NCBI GenBank assembly: GCA_032718475.1
Contig: JAUCBJ010002663.1
Span: forward strand, 1-42,758
DNA from: Nemertoderma westbladi
Taxonomy: Eukaryota; Animalia; Xenacoelomorpha
DNA: 42,758 nucleotides
Reading direction: 5' to 3'
Made by a program: the position numbers and the translations under genes. Positions within the stretch are counted from its first letter, which is position 1. The number at the start of each line of letters is the position of its first letter. Positions 1 through 9,149 of this stretch are shown here, in pieces. The notes below the pieces were generated by a model, which saw only the letters and a list, made by a program, of their open reading frames with translations, did not search any database and was not told the DNA's origin.

Positions 1-2037
1 GTACAACGAGAGGGGCCCCACAAGCCCAGACTAGCCTTTAGCAAAGCTAAGTCAACGCCGCCAGATTCAGCATCTGTTCCCAAGTTAGAATTGACAGCCG
101 CGAGACTAGGAGTTAGAGCCACAGCCTACCTAGTGGATACAATTCCCAACATAGTGGAGACGCACTACTGGACGGACTCCATGGTAGTGCTTGGTTGGCT
201 ACACAACGAAAAGACGAGATACCCGATATTCGTCGCGAATAGAGTGGACGAAATAAGGGCGAGCACAGAACTGGAAAGGTGGCACTACTGCCCAACAGAC
301 GAGAACCCAGCGGACTTGCTGTCGAGGGGCGTAGAACGCCACACTTTCCTAAAGAAAGAAGTATTGTGGCAACACGGGCCACAATTTTTGAGCGATAGGG
401 AGGCCTGGCCGCCGATGAGGAAGGTGGACCCGGGCTCGGAAGTAGTATCAGAAGGAGAAGAAGGAGATTCAGAGGGAGAAGAGATATACTCCCAGATGGT
501 GAGGGAGATCAAGGACGTGCAACCAGGAAGGGAACTGTGCGATAACCCGACGGATAAACTCCTCAGCTACAGTTCTAGTTGGTATAAGACCAAGAAACTA
601 GTGGCGTACTGGAGAGCCTTTGGGAATTTCCTTGCGGGAGTCGGCAAGGACAAGAAGACCAGGACAACCATAGATCTGGAAGGAGCGGCCAAGGCAGTGA
701 TCCGCTATGAACAACGCAAGAACTACGGCGACGAGGTGGAACGTGTCGGTAACCAACAACATCTCCGACGGGATAGCGAGTTGATCACGCTGTCGCCACA
801 ACTCAACGAGGATGGGATCCTAGTAATGAATTCAAGGGTGGGATATAACAACAGTATAGTCGTGCCACCGAAACCCATCATCATTCCCACAGGATCGCCT
901 ATAGTCCACCAGATCATATGGGACTCCCACAAATCGATACTGCATGGGGGCACCAACCGAACCCTCACAGAGATAAGGAGGACCTATTGGGTCAAACAAC
1001 TAAGGAAGAAGGTTAAAGCGGTAGTGGGGCAGTGCCAGACCTGCCGACGAGCGAAGAAGGAACGAGCCGTACAGGAGATGGCGCCACTACCGGCGAGTAG
1101 GGTAAGACAGCACGACCCGCCATTTACACATTGCGGTGTGGACATGTTCGGGCCGATAAAGATCAAGGTGATGCGACACACGGAGAAACGCTACGGTATT
1201 ATCTTCGTATGCAACAATACGCGGGCGGTAGGGATAGAACTCGCCCAAGATGCAACCGCATCAGCCTTCATTAACGCCTTAGAAAGGTTTAGGGACCGCA
1301 AAGGTGGGACGATCGCAGTGATATATAGCGACAACGGCACCAACTTTGTGGGTGCAGAGAGTGAGATGGCAGAGGCCTTAGACATCTTGGAGGGAGAAGA
1401 AGTCAAGGCGGCCATGAGAAGACGACAAGTGAAGTGGGAGAGACGGACGCCGTATGCACCACATACACTAGGATGCGTCGAAAGACTGGTGGGCAGTTCG
1501 AAACGTCTAATGACGAAGCTGATGAACACCCACATGGTCACTGAAGACGTCTTACGGACGGTACTTGCAAAGTGCGAGGGGATCATTAATAGCAGACCGC
1601 TATACCCGGAGAATGATGACCCTGAGTCACTAGACGTGTTGACGCCTAGCCATTTTCTGATGGAAAGGCCAGCGACCATAGATATGCGGGGTGTAGACCC
1701 AGATGATATACACTCCCGGCAAAGTTGGAAAGTAGCTAAATCAATTAGCGCAGAGTATTGGAGGAGGTGGGTAGAAGAATACCTACCCACGCTCCATAAG
1801 CGAAGCAAGTGGAGGAAGCCAAACAGGGAGTTGAGAGAGGGAGATCTCGTAATCGTCACGGATGATACTATCATCAACAACCAATGGCGGTTGGCGAGAG
1901 TTGTAGGCACCTACTCCGACGAGGACGGAAGAGTCCGATCGGTAGAAGTGCGGATAGGTGGAAAGATAGGTGCGAAAGACAGAAAAACCTACAGGAGAGC
2001 AGTAGGTAAATGCTGTCTTCTAGAAGGGGCACCTTAA
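1..2037 (+). CDS. pol: BEL/Pao Pol polyprotein, C-terminal part (RNase H end, HHCC zinc finger, DDE integrase)
   Basis: Frame is open from base 1 (VQREGPHKPRLAFSKAK). BEL-typical motifs: VPKLELTAA, YWTDS, FVANRV, ENPADLLSRG, H-x4-H...CQTC, GVDMFGP, YSDNGTNFVGA, ERLV, INSRPL, LTPSHFL, WRRWVEEYL. Confidence 0.95.
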   Translation, partial: VQREGPHKPRLAFSKAKSTPPDSASVPKLELTAARLGVRATAYLVDTIPNIVETHYWTDSMVVLGWLHNEKTRYPIFVANRVDEIRASTELERWHYCPTDENPADLLSRGVERHTFLKKEVLWQHGPQFLSDREAWPPMRKVDPGSEVVSEGEEGDSEGEEIYSQMVREIKDVQPGRELCDNPTDKLLSYSSSWYKTKKLVAYWRAFGNFLAGVGKDKKTRTTIDLEGAAKAVIRYEQRKNYGDEVERVGNQQHLRRDSELITLSPQLNEDGILVMNSRVGYNNSIVVPPKPIIIPTGSPIVHQIIWDSHKSILHGGTNRTLTEIRRTYWVKQLRKKVKAVVGQCQTCRRAKKERAVQEMAPLPASRVRQHDPPFTHCGVDMFGPIKIKVMRHTEKRYGIIFVCNNTRAVGIELAQDATASAFINALERFRDRKGGTIAVIYSDNGTNFVGAESEMAEALDILEGEEVKAAMRRRQVKWERRTPYAPHTLGCVERLVGSSKRLMTKLMNTHMVTEDVLRTVLAKCEGIINSRPLYPENDDPESLDVLTPSHFLMERPATIDMRGVDPDDIHSRQSWKVAKSISAEYWRRWVEEYLPTLHKRSKWRKPNRELREGDLVIVTDDTIINNQWRLARVVGTYSDEDGRVRSVEVRIGGKIGAKDRKTYRRAVGKCCLLEGAP

Positions 2038-2150
2038 ATTAGAGTTAGAGTGAAGTTTAGTCGTCCAAGTTTTGGACTGAGGGGGGTGGGATTGAGGGCG
2101 AGACGCCCTTCCCACACAAATAAAATAAAATAAAATAAAAATAAATAAAA

Positions 2151-2890
2151 GTTAGTTAGTTAGTAGGTACGTAGTACCTAGAGTTAGTTAGTTAGTAGGT
2201 ACGTAGTACCTAGAGTTAGTTAGTTAGTAGGTACGTAGTACCTAGAGTTAGTTAGTTAGTAGGTACGTAGTACCTAGAGTTAGTTAGTTAGTAGGTACGT
2301 AGTACCTAGAGTTAGCTAGTTAGTAGGTACGTAGTACCTAGAGTTAGTTAGTTAGTAGGTATGTAGTACCTAGTTAGAGTTAGAGTTAGTGGGTACGTAG
2401 TACCTAGTTAGAGTTAGAGGGTACGTAATGCCTAGATAGAGTTAGAAGGTAGGTAGTACCGATAGTTAGAGTTAGTAGGTACGTAGTACCTAGTTAGAGT
2501 TAGAGTTAGTGGGTACGTAGTACCTAGTTAGAGTTAGAGGGTACGTAATGCCTAGATAGAGTTAGAGGGTAGGTAGTACCGATAGTTAGAGTTAGTAGGT
2601 ACGTAGTACCTAGTTAGAGTTAGAGTTAGTGGGTACGTAGTACCTAGTTAGAGTTAGAGGGTACGTAATGCCTAGATAGAGTTAGAGGGTAGGTAGTACC
2701 GATAGTTAGAGTTAGTAGGTACGTAGTACCTAGTTAGAGTTAGAGTTAGTGGGTACGTAGTACCTAGTTAGAGTTAGAGGGTACGTAATGCCTAGATAGA
2801 GTTAGAGGGTAGGTAGTACCGATAGTTAGAGTTAGTAGGTACGTAGTACCTAGAGTTAGAGTTAGAGAGGGTACGTAGTACCACTAGTTA
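2151..2890 (+). repeat. Tandem array of GGTAC-GTA-GTACC hairpin units (32-bp units, then 120-bp higher-order units)
   Basis: GTTAGTTAGTTAGTAGGTACGTAGTACCTAGA repeats about 6 times from 2151; a 120-bp block recurs at 2461, 2581, 2701 and partly at 2821. Confidence 0.95.
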
Positions 2891-3398
2891 GAGAGAGAGA
2901 GTAAGAGGCAAAAGGGGGTAAAAATAAGATATAGATATTAGTTAGGAGTAAGTAGAGTTAGTAGCGAGAGGGGGGCATATGAGTGCAGCTGGATAAATCG
3001 TGTGGCCACACGACGCATACTGCTGTACTGCATAGGCCCACTGAGTAGGCCAGAATATGGATCAGAGAGAGAATAGAATAAATCCATAGGCAGTAGTAAG
3101 TAGTAGGACAGTAGAATCAAAGCAAAATAAATAAATAAATAGAATAGGGCTAAAAATCGAAAAATAGTGGTAACACAAGGAAAGTCGTTCTAGAACATAA
3201 TAAAAGTAACGGACAGAAATCGTAAATTAGGCTGATTTACTAGCTCCGAAATTAATTAGTTTAAATTAAGCTTGAAAGGCGCAGTTAAGTAGAAAAGTAG
3301 GCCATTATCGAACTGTAGGAAACATCTCAATACATCACTCATCTGTATTGCGCCTTGGTAAGGCACCACCCTGCAGGTGAGCGAGTGTAGTGTTCGGA

Positions 3399-5489
3399 AT
3401 GGCGAGTAAGCTGATCAGGAAGAGAAAGGCGGAGTCAGGAGGAAAAGAAATATTGGTGGATTTCACCGAAAGACACCCGGAGGAGAAGACGAGAGGATAC
3501 TACGAGAGGTTGGAAAGGGGTCACGCGGCACGAGCGCTGCAGGATCACTTCCGGGAGGCGCACGAACAGCGGTTGGTCGGGACCTACGGGACGCCATCGC
3601 TGGATAATGCAATCTTCCAACACTTCCACTACGTAGTGAAAGGAGACGAGGCGAAGTTCGGGATTCCGAAGTATCCGAGGGAATCGTCGAGGAAGGACTG
3701 GAAAAGATTCATAGAGTCCGTCAACAGAGGAGGATATATGATCCTAGATAACGAGGGAACCGTGGAAGACGAAGCGGGATCGAGACGAGGAACGGCAGGG
3801 TCGGCCAGGACCATACTCTTGCATTTGGCAGCGCCAAATGGGGACATCTTCTTATTCGACTTAGGGACGTATGGGAAGAAGGACGGGCCGAAATTAGACC
3901 GACTGCCGAAAGCGGTACAGGTCTTAGTAAGAGAGAAGTCGACGACGAAAGTGGGATCGGCGATTCGCGAGGACGCGGAGAGGATCATCGGTCCGGACGC
4001 CACCAACCTCCTGGATATGCAGAAAGTCTTTATGGCTATGACGGCACCGGATGGATTGGGGGTGGTCGAGAACTTAGGCCAATGCGGGGCGGTGGCGATG
4101 GGCCAATTATTGGGGCTCGTATGCCACAAACCAATGGATTGGGGGAAGTTTAGGGAAGAATACGGAGCAGAACTAGCGAACTCGCTGAAGTGGGGAGCGA
4201 GACCGGGAAAGCAGGAGGTATATCAGTTTCGCAGAGGAGCGATAAAGGTATATCAGAAGCGATATATCCTGCAGGAGGACTGCATGATGATAAGTTTACT
4301 TAACTTATTCATGACCGTAGTTATCGAAAGAGAACCAGGGGCATTTCTGTTATCGGGATCACCCCTAAGCTACAGGAGAGCCTTTAAAGTGGCCTTTGAC
4401 GGTCTGGTAGACCACCCGGGGCTGAAGGGCGAGTCGGTGTACTACAACAGCCGACATCTGGTAGATGGGGAGACAGATACACCGTATCAGAGATGGGAGC
4501 AGCTAGAGATGGATAGACGGGAAGCAAAGCGACTGGAAGAAGTCGCCAGACGGGAGAGGATAGAAGCAGAGGAGAGGGAAGAGGAGGCCAGGACACAGAG
4601 TTATGGCTTCGAGGAACAGGCGGGTCTAGACGAGCTTCATTGGACTTCGTCAGGGAGTTCGGGGGAGTCTCTAGGACGAGAATTGGGATGGACGGTGGGA
4701 TCGCCGAAACAGTCGACGTCGGGGTTGCAAACGATGCCCATACCAGCGGGCGCCGAGGGCGACCAACCGCCAAGGAAGTTAAGGGAGCTAGAGGGATGGA
4801 GAGCTACCGGCGAGAGCCAAGGCGGGAAGGGACATAGTGGATCCATCGGGATACCGGGATTGGAGACGCTACCGGAAGAAGAGGACGACGACGACGAATT
4901 CGGAGAGATACCGCCCATCGAAAGGATAGGCCACTCGGACACGGACTGGGTTGGCGGAAGGGTGGTGACGGCCAGTGGGGCAAGGGCCTTCTGGAACAGA
5001 TCCGGCAAGCGGACCTGGGTGCACGAGGGGCCGGCGATGGATTTCGCGGGGAGCACCATCAGGTTGGGCGAGCAACCGGGGACGGCACCACGGATAGTAT
5101 TCGGGGAGACGATGCCCGAGAGGGGCGGAGAGATAGACGTGAACAGGGAGAGCAACGTAGAGAAGTTCGCCTACCAGCGACTCCATAGACCGCGGAGATC
5201 GCTTGGGACGAAGGACGAGGTGGGACGCGAGACATTGGTACTCGGCTGCGACTACTGTGGGAGACAGACCCATCAGGAAAGCAGCTGCCTATACCGGTTC
5301 CAACGGGGAACCTTTTGTCTCTATTGTAGAGAACCAAGTCACAGGATGGGGGCGTGTCCACGGTTGCATAACCGATGTCCAAAGTGCCACTTTCGGGGAC
5401 ACTACGGACGCGAGTGCGACTGGATGAGCGACGAGGAGAAGTTCACGAGGTTCGAGGAGTGGGCCGACGTCGGGGCCATGACGCGCTAG
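3399..5489 (+). CDS. Retrotransposon extra ORF: DEDDy (WRN/RNase D-like) 3'-5' exonuclease, coiled coil, three CCHC zinc knuckles
   Basis: First ATG at 3399 (ORF track starts at GTG 3390). ExoI ILDNEG, LLHLA, IFLFDL, ExoII KVGSAIRED, LLDMQ, W..RP and ExoIII-like Q..YILQED. C-x2-C-x4-H-x4-C occurs three times (CDYCGRQTHQESSC, CLYCREPSHRMGAC, CPKCHFRGHYGREC). Confidence 0.82.
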   Translation: MASKLIRKRKAESGGKEILVDFTERHPEEKTRGYYERLERGHAARALQDHFREAHEQRLVGTYGTPSLDNAIFQHFHYVVKGDEAKFGIPKYPRESSRKDWKRFIESVNRGGYMILDNEGTVEDEAGSRRGTAGSARTILLHLAAPNGDIFLFDLGTYGKKDGPKLDRLPKAVQVLVREKSTTKVGSAIREDAERIIGPDATNLLDMQKVFMAMTAPDGLGVVENLGQCGAVAMGQLLGLVCHKPMDWGKFREEYGAELANSLKWGARPGKQEVYQFRRGAIKVYQKRYILQEDCMMISLLNLFMTVVIEREPGAFLLSGSPLSYRRAFKVAFDGLVDHPGLKGESVYYNSRHLVDGETDTPYQRWEQLEMDRREAKRLEEVARRERIEAEEREEEARTQSYGFEEQAGLDELHWTSSGSSGESLGRELGWTVGSPKQSTSGLQTMPIPAGAEGDQPPRKLRELEGWRATGESQGGKGHSGSIGIPGLETLPEEEDDDDEFGEIPPIERIGHSDTDWVGGRVVTASGARAFWNRSGKRTWVHEGPAMDFAGSTIRLGEQPGTAPRIVFGETMPERGGEIDVNRESNVEKFAYQRLHRPRRSLGTKDEVGRETLVLGCDYCGRQTHQESSCLYRFQRGTFCLYCREPSHRMGACPRLHNRCPKCHFRGHYGRECDWMSDEEKFTRFEEWADVGAMTR

Positions 5490-5492
5490 CGC

Positions 5493-5933
5493 ATGAAGGC
5501 CCAAGAGTTCAAGTGGGGTTTCTTCCTCATAAACCAGGAGACCCACATGGAAATCATAAAACGAAGGTTACCGTTTACCTATCAAGAGGTAGCTACGGCG
5601 GCATCGTTCGCCGGAGTTATGAACACGCAACGGTACCTGGACAGGTGGACACCAGAGAACCGGAGGGAGTTTAGGGATTTCTTGGCGGAACACGTACCAA
5701 AGGCAATGAAGATGATCCTATGGGACGCCACACGAGGGAAACAACCAGGCCATTCTGAGGGGCCACCGGCGAAGCGGTATCGGGCTTTAATAACACCAGC
5801 GCCCAAGGAGCCGACGACCGGGATCAGCAAGGAAGTGGCAGCGAAGGTCCGGAAGCAGAAAGCGGATGATGCCAGAGGAACAGTGATAACCAAGAAACGG
5901 GCCAGGGAGGAGGACGTGAGGAGGTACAGATGA
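5493..5933 (+). CDS. In-frame continuation of the extra ORF after a single TAG (146 aa, basic tail)
   Basis: Same frame as 3399-5489 (CGC TAG CGC ATG); same purine-rich codon style; K/R-rich NLS-like motifs PPAKRYR and KKRAR. Confidence 0.6.
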   Translation: MKAQEFKWGFFLINQETHMEIIKRRLPFTYQEVATAASFAGVMNTQRYLDRWTPENRREFRDFLAEHVPKAMKMILWDATRGKQPGHSEGPPAKRYRALITPAPKEPTTGISKEVAAKVRKQKADDARGTVITKKRAREEDVRRYR

Positions 5934-6604
5934 GTTCCCGGAGGCGAGGGAATGAGACTGAGACTGGGAGGTGGTGCGCCTGGAAGGCGCCGCATGTAAC
6001 GTACGAACTATTAAATATAAATTTAATTAATGCAAATAACTATATAAGTGCAATTCGTATGTACGTACGTAGTGATTAGCAGTAAAATATATACGTTTGG
6101 AGTAAGTACTATAGTCATACAACCTTTCTCAATTAGCTACTGGGACTGGGGGACAATTGACTATGGCACTATGGACGAGACAACTGGCAATTTCACACTT
6201 CTTGAGTGCGGCGGCACGAGAGGGGGGGGAGGTTTGTCAGGAGAGATAGAACAGTCAAAGTGGACTTGAAAATTCGGAATAAGAGTGTGAAGTGCGGAGA
6301 GAGTGCGAACGCAATTCTAGTGTGGGGGGGGAGAATAAGAGGCTGAGTAAGGGACGAGGAGGTCCGGGGGTATGAGAGAGTTAGGGTGAGAGTGAAGGTG
6401 AGATAGGGCGAAAATGTTGGGGAAACAAAAGTTGCGTGGGAGGTGAGCGCGACCGGCCCGACATGAGACGCCAGGCACACAGGGTAGCGATATCATACCC
6501 ATAGGGGGCGGCCTGGAAAGCCGACCCCGAGAGAAAAGAATTTCCACCCCACACCCGATACTAGATCGGGATCCAGCGGGATTGTAGCGCACTTTTTTTG
6601 GTTG

Positions 6605-6642
6605 ATGCTATCTTCTTACCGGGAAGATAGCATGGGGGGGAG
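6605..6642 (+). promoter_or_regulatory. 11-bp hairpin plus polypurine tract of BEL element 1
   Basis: ATGCTATCTTC-TTACCGG-GAAGATAGCAT followed by GGGGGGGAG directly before the LTR TG. Confidence 0.85.
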
Positions 6643-7179
6643 TGTTAGCTTATTCAATCCCGCCAACACCCCATAAAGTTATTAGCCGATAAGCAATATT
6701 GGGAGCCGCGAGATTGGGTAATTAACCAACTCGCGCCATCCCAATAAGAATGGGAAGGAAGCACACAATAGAGGGTCAGGGGCCAAACCCCTAACCCAAG
6801 GAGAACAGGTGGAGTTAACGGGAATACTCCACGGGGCGCCAACAAGGGTATTAACCAATCAGAGGGGGGAACGGCATCGATTGAGTAGCAGTAAGGCCAC
6901 CGTGCAATATAACCAATAACCTATTAATCAGTGATTCAGTTATCTCAAGTGCAGCAGTGCTAGCGTAGGGTACAGCCAATTAGTTTAGTTAGGGGATCAC
7001 GGGACTTTAGTTACCGTATCCCGCCTTGTACACATTCACAATATCTATATCTTATAACTTCCTATTATACACCGAACTTCAGAACTCAGTCACTTTATTT
7101 CATCCTTATACACGGCGGGGACGCGTGGACTAAATTACCACAACCGGATAAATCGGGATCCCTCTTGGATCCCGTCACA
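6643..7179 (+). repeat. 3' LTR of BEL element 1 (537 bp)
   Basis: TG...CA termini, preceded by PPT; terminal hairpin CGGGATCC-CTCTT-GGATCCCG-TCACA resembles the ends of the other LTRs in the window. Confidence 0.9.
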
Positions 7180-8200
7180 GTTTGGAATGGAACAGGAGTT
7201 GGCAGTGGGAAGGACGATAAACTGGATTTAAATTCTAGTACGGAGGATTTGTTTGAAGAATTTTATGATTTGTTTATAATTGGAAAATAAATGTCAAAAT
7301 TTATCATTTATAATAGTTTAGTTTCCATATACCATATCAATATGTCCCATACATAACATCAAAAAACTGTCTATTTACATTTTCAAATTAATTTTTTGAT
7401 ATAAAATAACGATTTTCAGTTCACCATAATCATGCAATAGATTTGTGTATCACATTGTTATAAACAGGAAAAAAACAATTAGCACCACTTTTCACGGAAA
7501 GTTTCCCAGAAAGTGAAACTTTCTGTTGTCACTCTATAAAAAATGTATTCTTAGTGATAGAATTTTTTAATTTTTTCTCACCAGAAACCTTTGCACTTCG
7601 ATATGATATCTCTTGCCGGACACCTCAATACCACCATTAAACGACTGTTACTTCAAATTTTCAAGAATATGGACAAAGTACGAAAAAATATTTATAAATT
7701 TCCCATACGTGACAAAATGTTTTTATCAATTTTTGCATTCCGGAACGTTTCTCTCAATAACGGCCAAGAAATTTTTGGAGCATTTTCTTGTTTCATATGC
7801 AGAAATTATCGCTCTTTCTAACTATCATTATGACAAATTCTCAAAGTTAATTTAAAAATTCAACAAATTTCAATAATCACGTAGGGGACGGGACATATGG
7901 TTAATATGGTTGGCATTGACCCTATATGATAGATAGGCCTATTTCCGCTGAACGGAAATATCTATACATCATATATGTAACCAATCATGACGATGGGGAG
8001 AGCCACGTAGTGTGGTGAGCAATAATTTGGAACATACCCCAACCAAAAATTTTTTTTACAAAAACTAATCTAAATGTTTACAGTTAACTAGATATGAAAA
8101 TACACCAAATTGTCAAGAAAATATTTTAACAAAAATTGGCACCAAAATAAATGTAAACAGAAGAGACAGGGGGGGGGGGGGGAACTGGACGCAAATACCG

Positions 8201-8865
8201 TGGGATTTGGGATTAAGGAATTTGGGAATAAGGTATTTGGGATTTGAGAATAAGGTATTTGGGATTTGGGATTAAGGTATTTGGGAATATGGAATTTGGG
8301 ATTTGGGATTTGAGAATAAGGTATTTGGGATTTGGGATTAAGGTATTTGGGAATAAGGTATTTGGGAATATGGTATTTGGGATTTGAGAATAAGGTATTT
8401 GGGATTTGGGAATAAGGTATTTGGGATTTGGGAATAAGGTATTTGGGATTTGGGAATAAGGTATTTGGGATTTGGGAATAAGGTATTTGGGATTTGGGAA
8501 TAAGGTATTTGGGAATAAGGTATTTGGGATTTGAGAATAAGGTATTTGGGATTTGGGATTAAGGTATTTGGGAATATGGAATTTGGGATTTGAGAATAAG
8601 GTATTTGGGATTTGGGATTAAGGTATTTGGGAATAAGGTATTTGGGAATATGGGATTTGAGAATAAGGTATTTGGGATTTGGGATTAAGGTATTTGGGAA
8701 TAAGGTATTTGGGATTTGGGAATAAGGTATTTGGGATTTGGGAATAAGGTATTTGGGATTACGGTATTTGGGATTTGGGAATAAGGTATTTGGGATTTGG
8801 GAATAAGGTATTTGGGATTTGGGATTAAGGTATTTGGGATTTGGGAATATGGAATTTGGGATTTG
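8201..8865. repeat. G-rich minisatellite built from GGGATTT and GGGAATAAGGTATTT units
   Basis: Irregular alternation of 7-bp and 15-bp units; a degenerate copy is at about 9045-9135. Confidence 0.92.
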
Positions 8866-9149
8866 CCATTATATTAGTGATTATCGGTTTTTATTTGTTG
8901 GTCGGCCATTATTGGTTGACTGAAGAAGATACGCAATGCGTATCTCATTATGCCTCATAATAAGCCTCTCGTTAACAAGTCAACCCCACGGACTAGCGGC
9001 ACTGGCTGTTTCCGCTGACGGGGCTCAGTTGAACAACGCGTTACTTTGGAATCTGGGAATAAGAAATTTGGGATTTAGAAATAAAGAAATTTGGGTAAAT
9101 CATTTGGGCTTTGGAAATAGGGAATTTGGGATTGTGAATCTGTAAATAA

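Larger units (their letters stand above)
1..7179 (+). mobile_element. BEL/Pao LTR retrotransposon, element 1 (5' half lies outside the window)
   Basis: Order is pol (RNase H-integrase), spacer, extra ORF, polypurine tract GGGGGGGAG, then LTR TGTTAG...GTCACA. Pol protein is closely similar to that of the full-length element at 22131-33289. Confidence 0.95.

Noticed and set aside
2151-2890. CRISPR-like appearance of palindromic repeats next to a nuclease gene
   Set aside because: No unique spacers, no cas genes, eukaryotic retrotransposon context.
3340-3392. Possible splice acceptor (CTGCAG) for a subgenomic extra-ORF mRNA
   Set aside because: Weak pyrimidine tract, and the same site also reads as a donor (CAG/GTGAG); undecidable without transcripts.
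113-5995. Many antisense or overlapping ORFs on pol and the extra ORF (also on element 2, CRE and Gypsy)
   Set aside because: Shadow frames of biased coding sequence with no recognisable motifs.
6593-6599. T7 run as a Pol III terminator in the BEL 3' UTR
   Set aside because: Not conserved in element 2 and no convincing A or B boxes upstream.
7180-7290. 36-codon coding-like tail right after the LTR (VWNGTGVGSGKDDK...)
   Set aside because: Too short and no motif; it would need the other flank of element 1.
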